From contig OZ250169.1 in assembly GCA_965237955.1 (NCBI GenBank), positions 5,120,001-5,184,000 of the forward strand: 64,000 nucleotides of DNA, given 5' to 3'. The translations under genes and the position numbers were made by a program. The stretch is from Candidatus Marinacidobacterales bacterium. GTDB taxonomy: Bacteria; Acidobacteriota; Vicinamibacteria; Marinacidobacterales; SMYC01. Shown here one piece after another: positions 63,259 through 64,000 of the stretch. The notes beneath the pieces are model-generated. The model did not search any database and was not told where the DNA came from. It saw only the letters and a list, made by a program, of their open reading frames with translations. Numbering within the stretch: position 1 is the first letter of the stretch; every line of letters begins with the position of its first letter.

Positions 63259-63978
63259 ATGCAAGCGAGCGCAACATTAGCTGACGAGACGGTCATGCTC
63301 ACGCTTTCGGGACAGATCCTCGCGGCGATGTCCGGGCTCGGCCATACACCGGTTCCGCTTCGAATTGGGCGAGGCGAGCTCATCTGTCTCCAAGACGGCC
63401 GCGGCCGAGGCGTGCACGTGCTGTCATGTGGCCGCATGAAAGTCTTGCGTTTTTCGGACGCGGGCCGAGTGATTCTTCTGGACCTCGTCGAGCCTGGGGA
63501 CGTGTTTGGCGAGCTTTCGTTTCTCTCCGAGGATTCTGGCGCGACGCACGTCGGGGGCGGACCGAGCTACGCGGAAGCTCTCGAGGAAGCCACCGTCTAT
63601 TCGATCCCGCGCATTACCTTCGAGCGTCTGCTACGGACGCATCCCGGATTGGCGCTCGGCATCGCCAGTCTTCTCGGCGATCGGTGCAACAAGCTCGAGC
63701 GTCGTTTGGAAGCTCATGTGTTCCATAAAGTCCCGACGCGGCTCGTCAATCAACTGCTCGAACTAGCCGAGAGCTATGGGGTCGAGCACGAAGGAGGCAC
63801 TCTGCTGTCCATCCCCCTCAGCCAACAAGACCTGGGAAACCTCATCGGGGCGAGTCGCGAGATCGTGAGCCTCACCCTGTCGGATCTGAAAAAGCGCGGT
63901 CTCGTCGGCTCCAAAGGCAGACGTCTCGTCGTGCACAAAGACAGGCTCCGCGAGGAGCTTGCTACAATCACTAGCTGA
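63259..63978 (+). CDS. Crp/Fnr family transcriptional regulator (start may be ATG 63295)
   Basis: PGDVFGEL; AEALE; HTH LSQQDLGNLIGASREIVS. Confidence 0.92.
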   Translation: MQASATLADETVMLTLSGQILAAMSGLGHTPVPLRIGRGELICLQDGRGRGVHVLSCGRMKVLRFSDAGRVILLDLVEPGDVFGELSFLSEDSGATHVGGGPSYAEALEEATVYSIPRITFERLLRTHPGLALGIASLLGDRCNKLERRLEAHVFHKVPTRLVNQLLELAESYGVEHEGGTLLSIPLSQQDLGNLIGASREIVSLTLSDLKKRGLVGSKGRRLVVHKDRLREELATITS

Positions 63979-64000
63979 ACAGCCGGGGCAAGCCCTGCTT

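Overview
GC-rich bacterial DNA with Acidobacteriota-like hallmarks (Oar-type TonB receptor, VWFA-related, GWxTD, PEP-CTERM and CRTAC1/ASPIC proteins); the taxonomy is inferred only from gene content. It carries ilvBNC, peptide/amino-acid hydrolases, a nucleoside hydrolase/PfkB/BtpA unit, a DUF1800/DUF1501 unit and several signalling genes. Main points: (1) a bioB-F-D-A operon without bioC/H/W/Z that instead ends in a FabF-like ketosynthase, bracketed by ~180-bp diverged direct repeats (candidate uncharacterised pimelate route); (2) an IS110 whose ends can be fixed because removing it restores a LamG lipoprotein gene, and whose long structured left end contains copies of the junction sequence (candidate bridge RNA); (3) a TonB/TPR/sulfatase-like/CRTAC1/GWxTD/multiheme-cytochrome envelope cluster; (4) many genes collapsed to N- plus C-terminal stubs, along with frameshifts and in-frame stops (erosion and/or assembly error); (5) palindromic repeats, a 34-aa membrane ORF missed by the track, and a consensus sigma-54 promoter before a Crp/Fnr gene. 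No rRNA, tRNA or CRISPR array was seen. All family calls come from motif recognition, not database searches.
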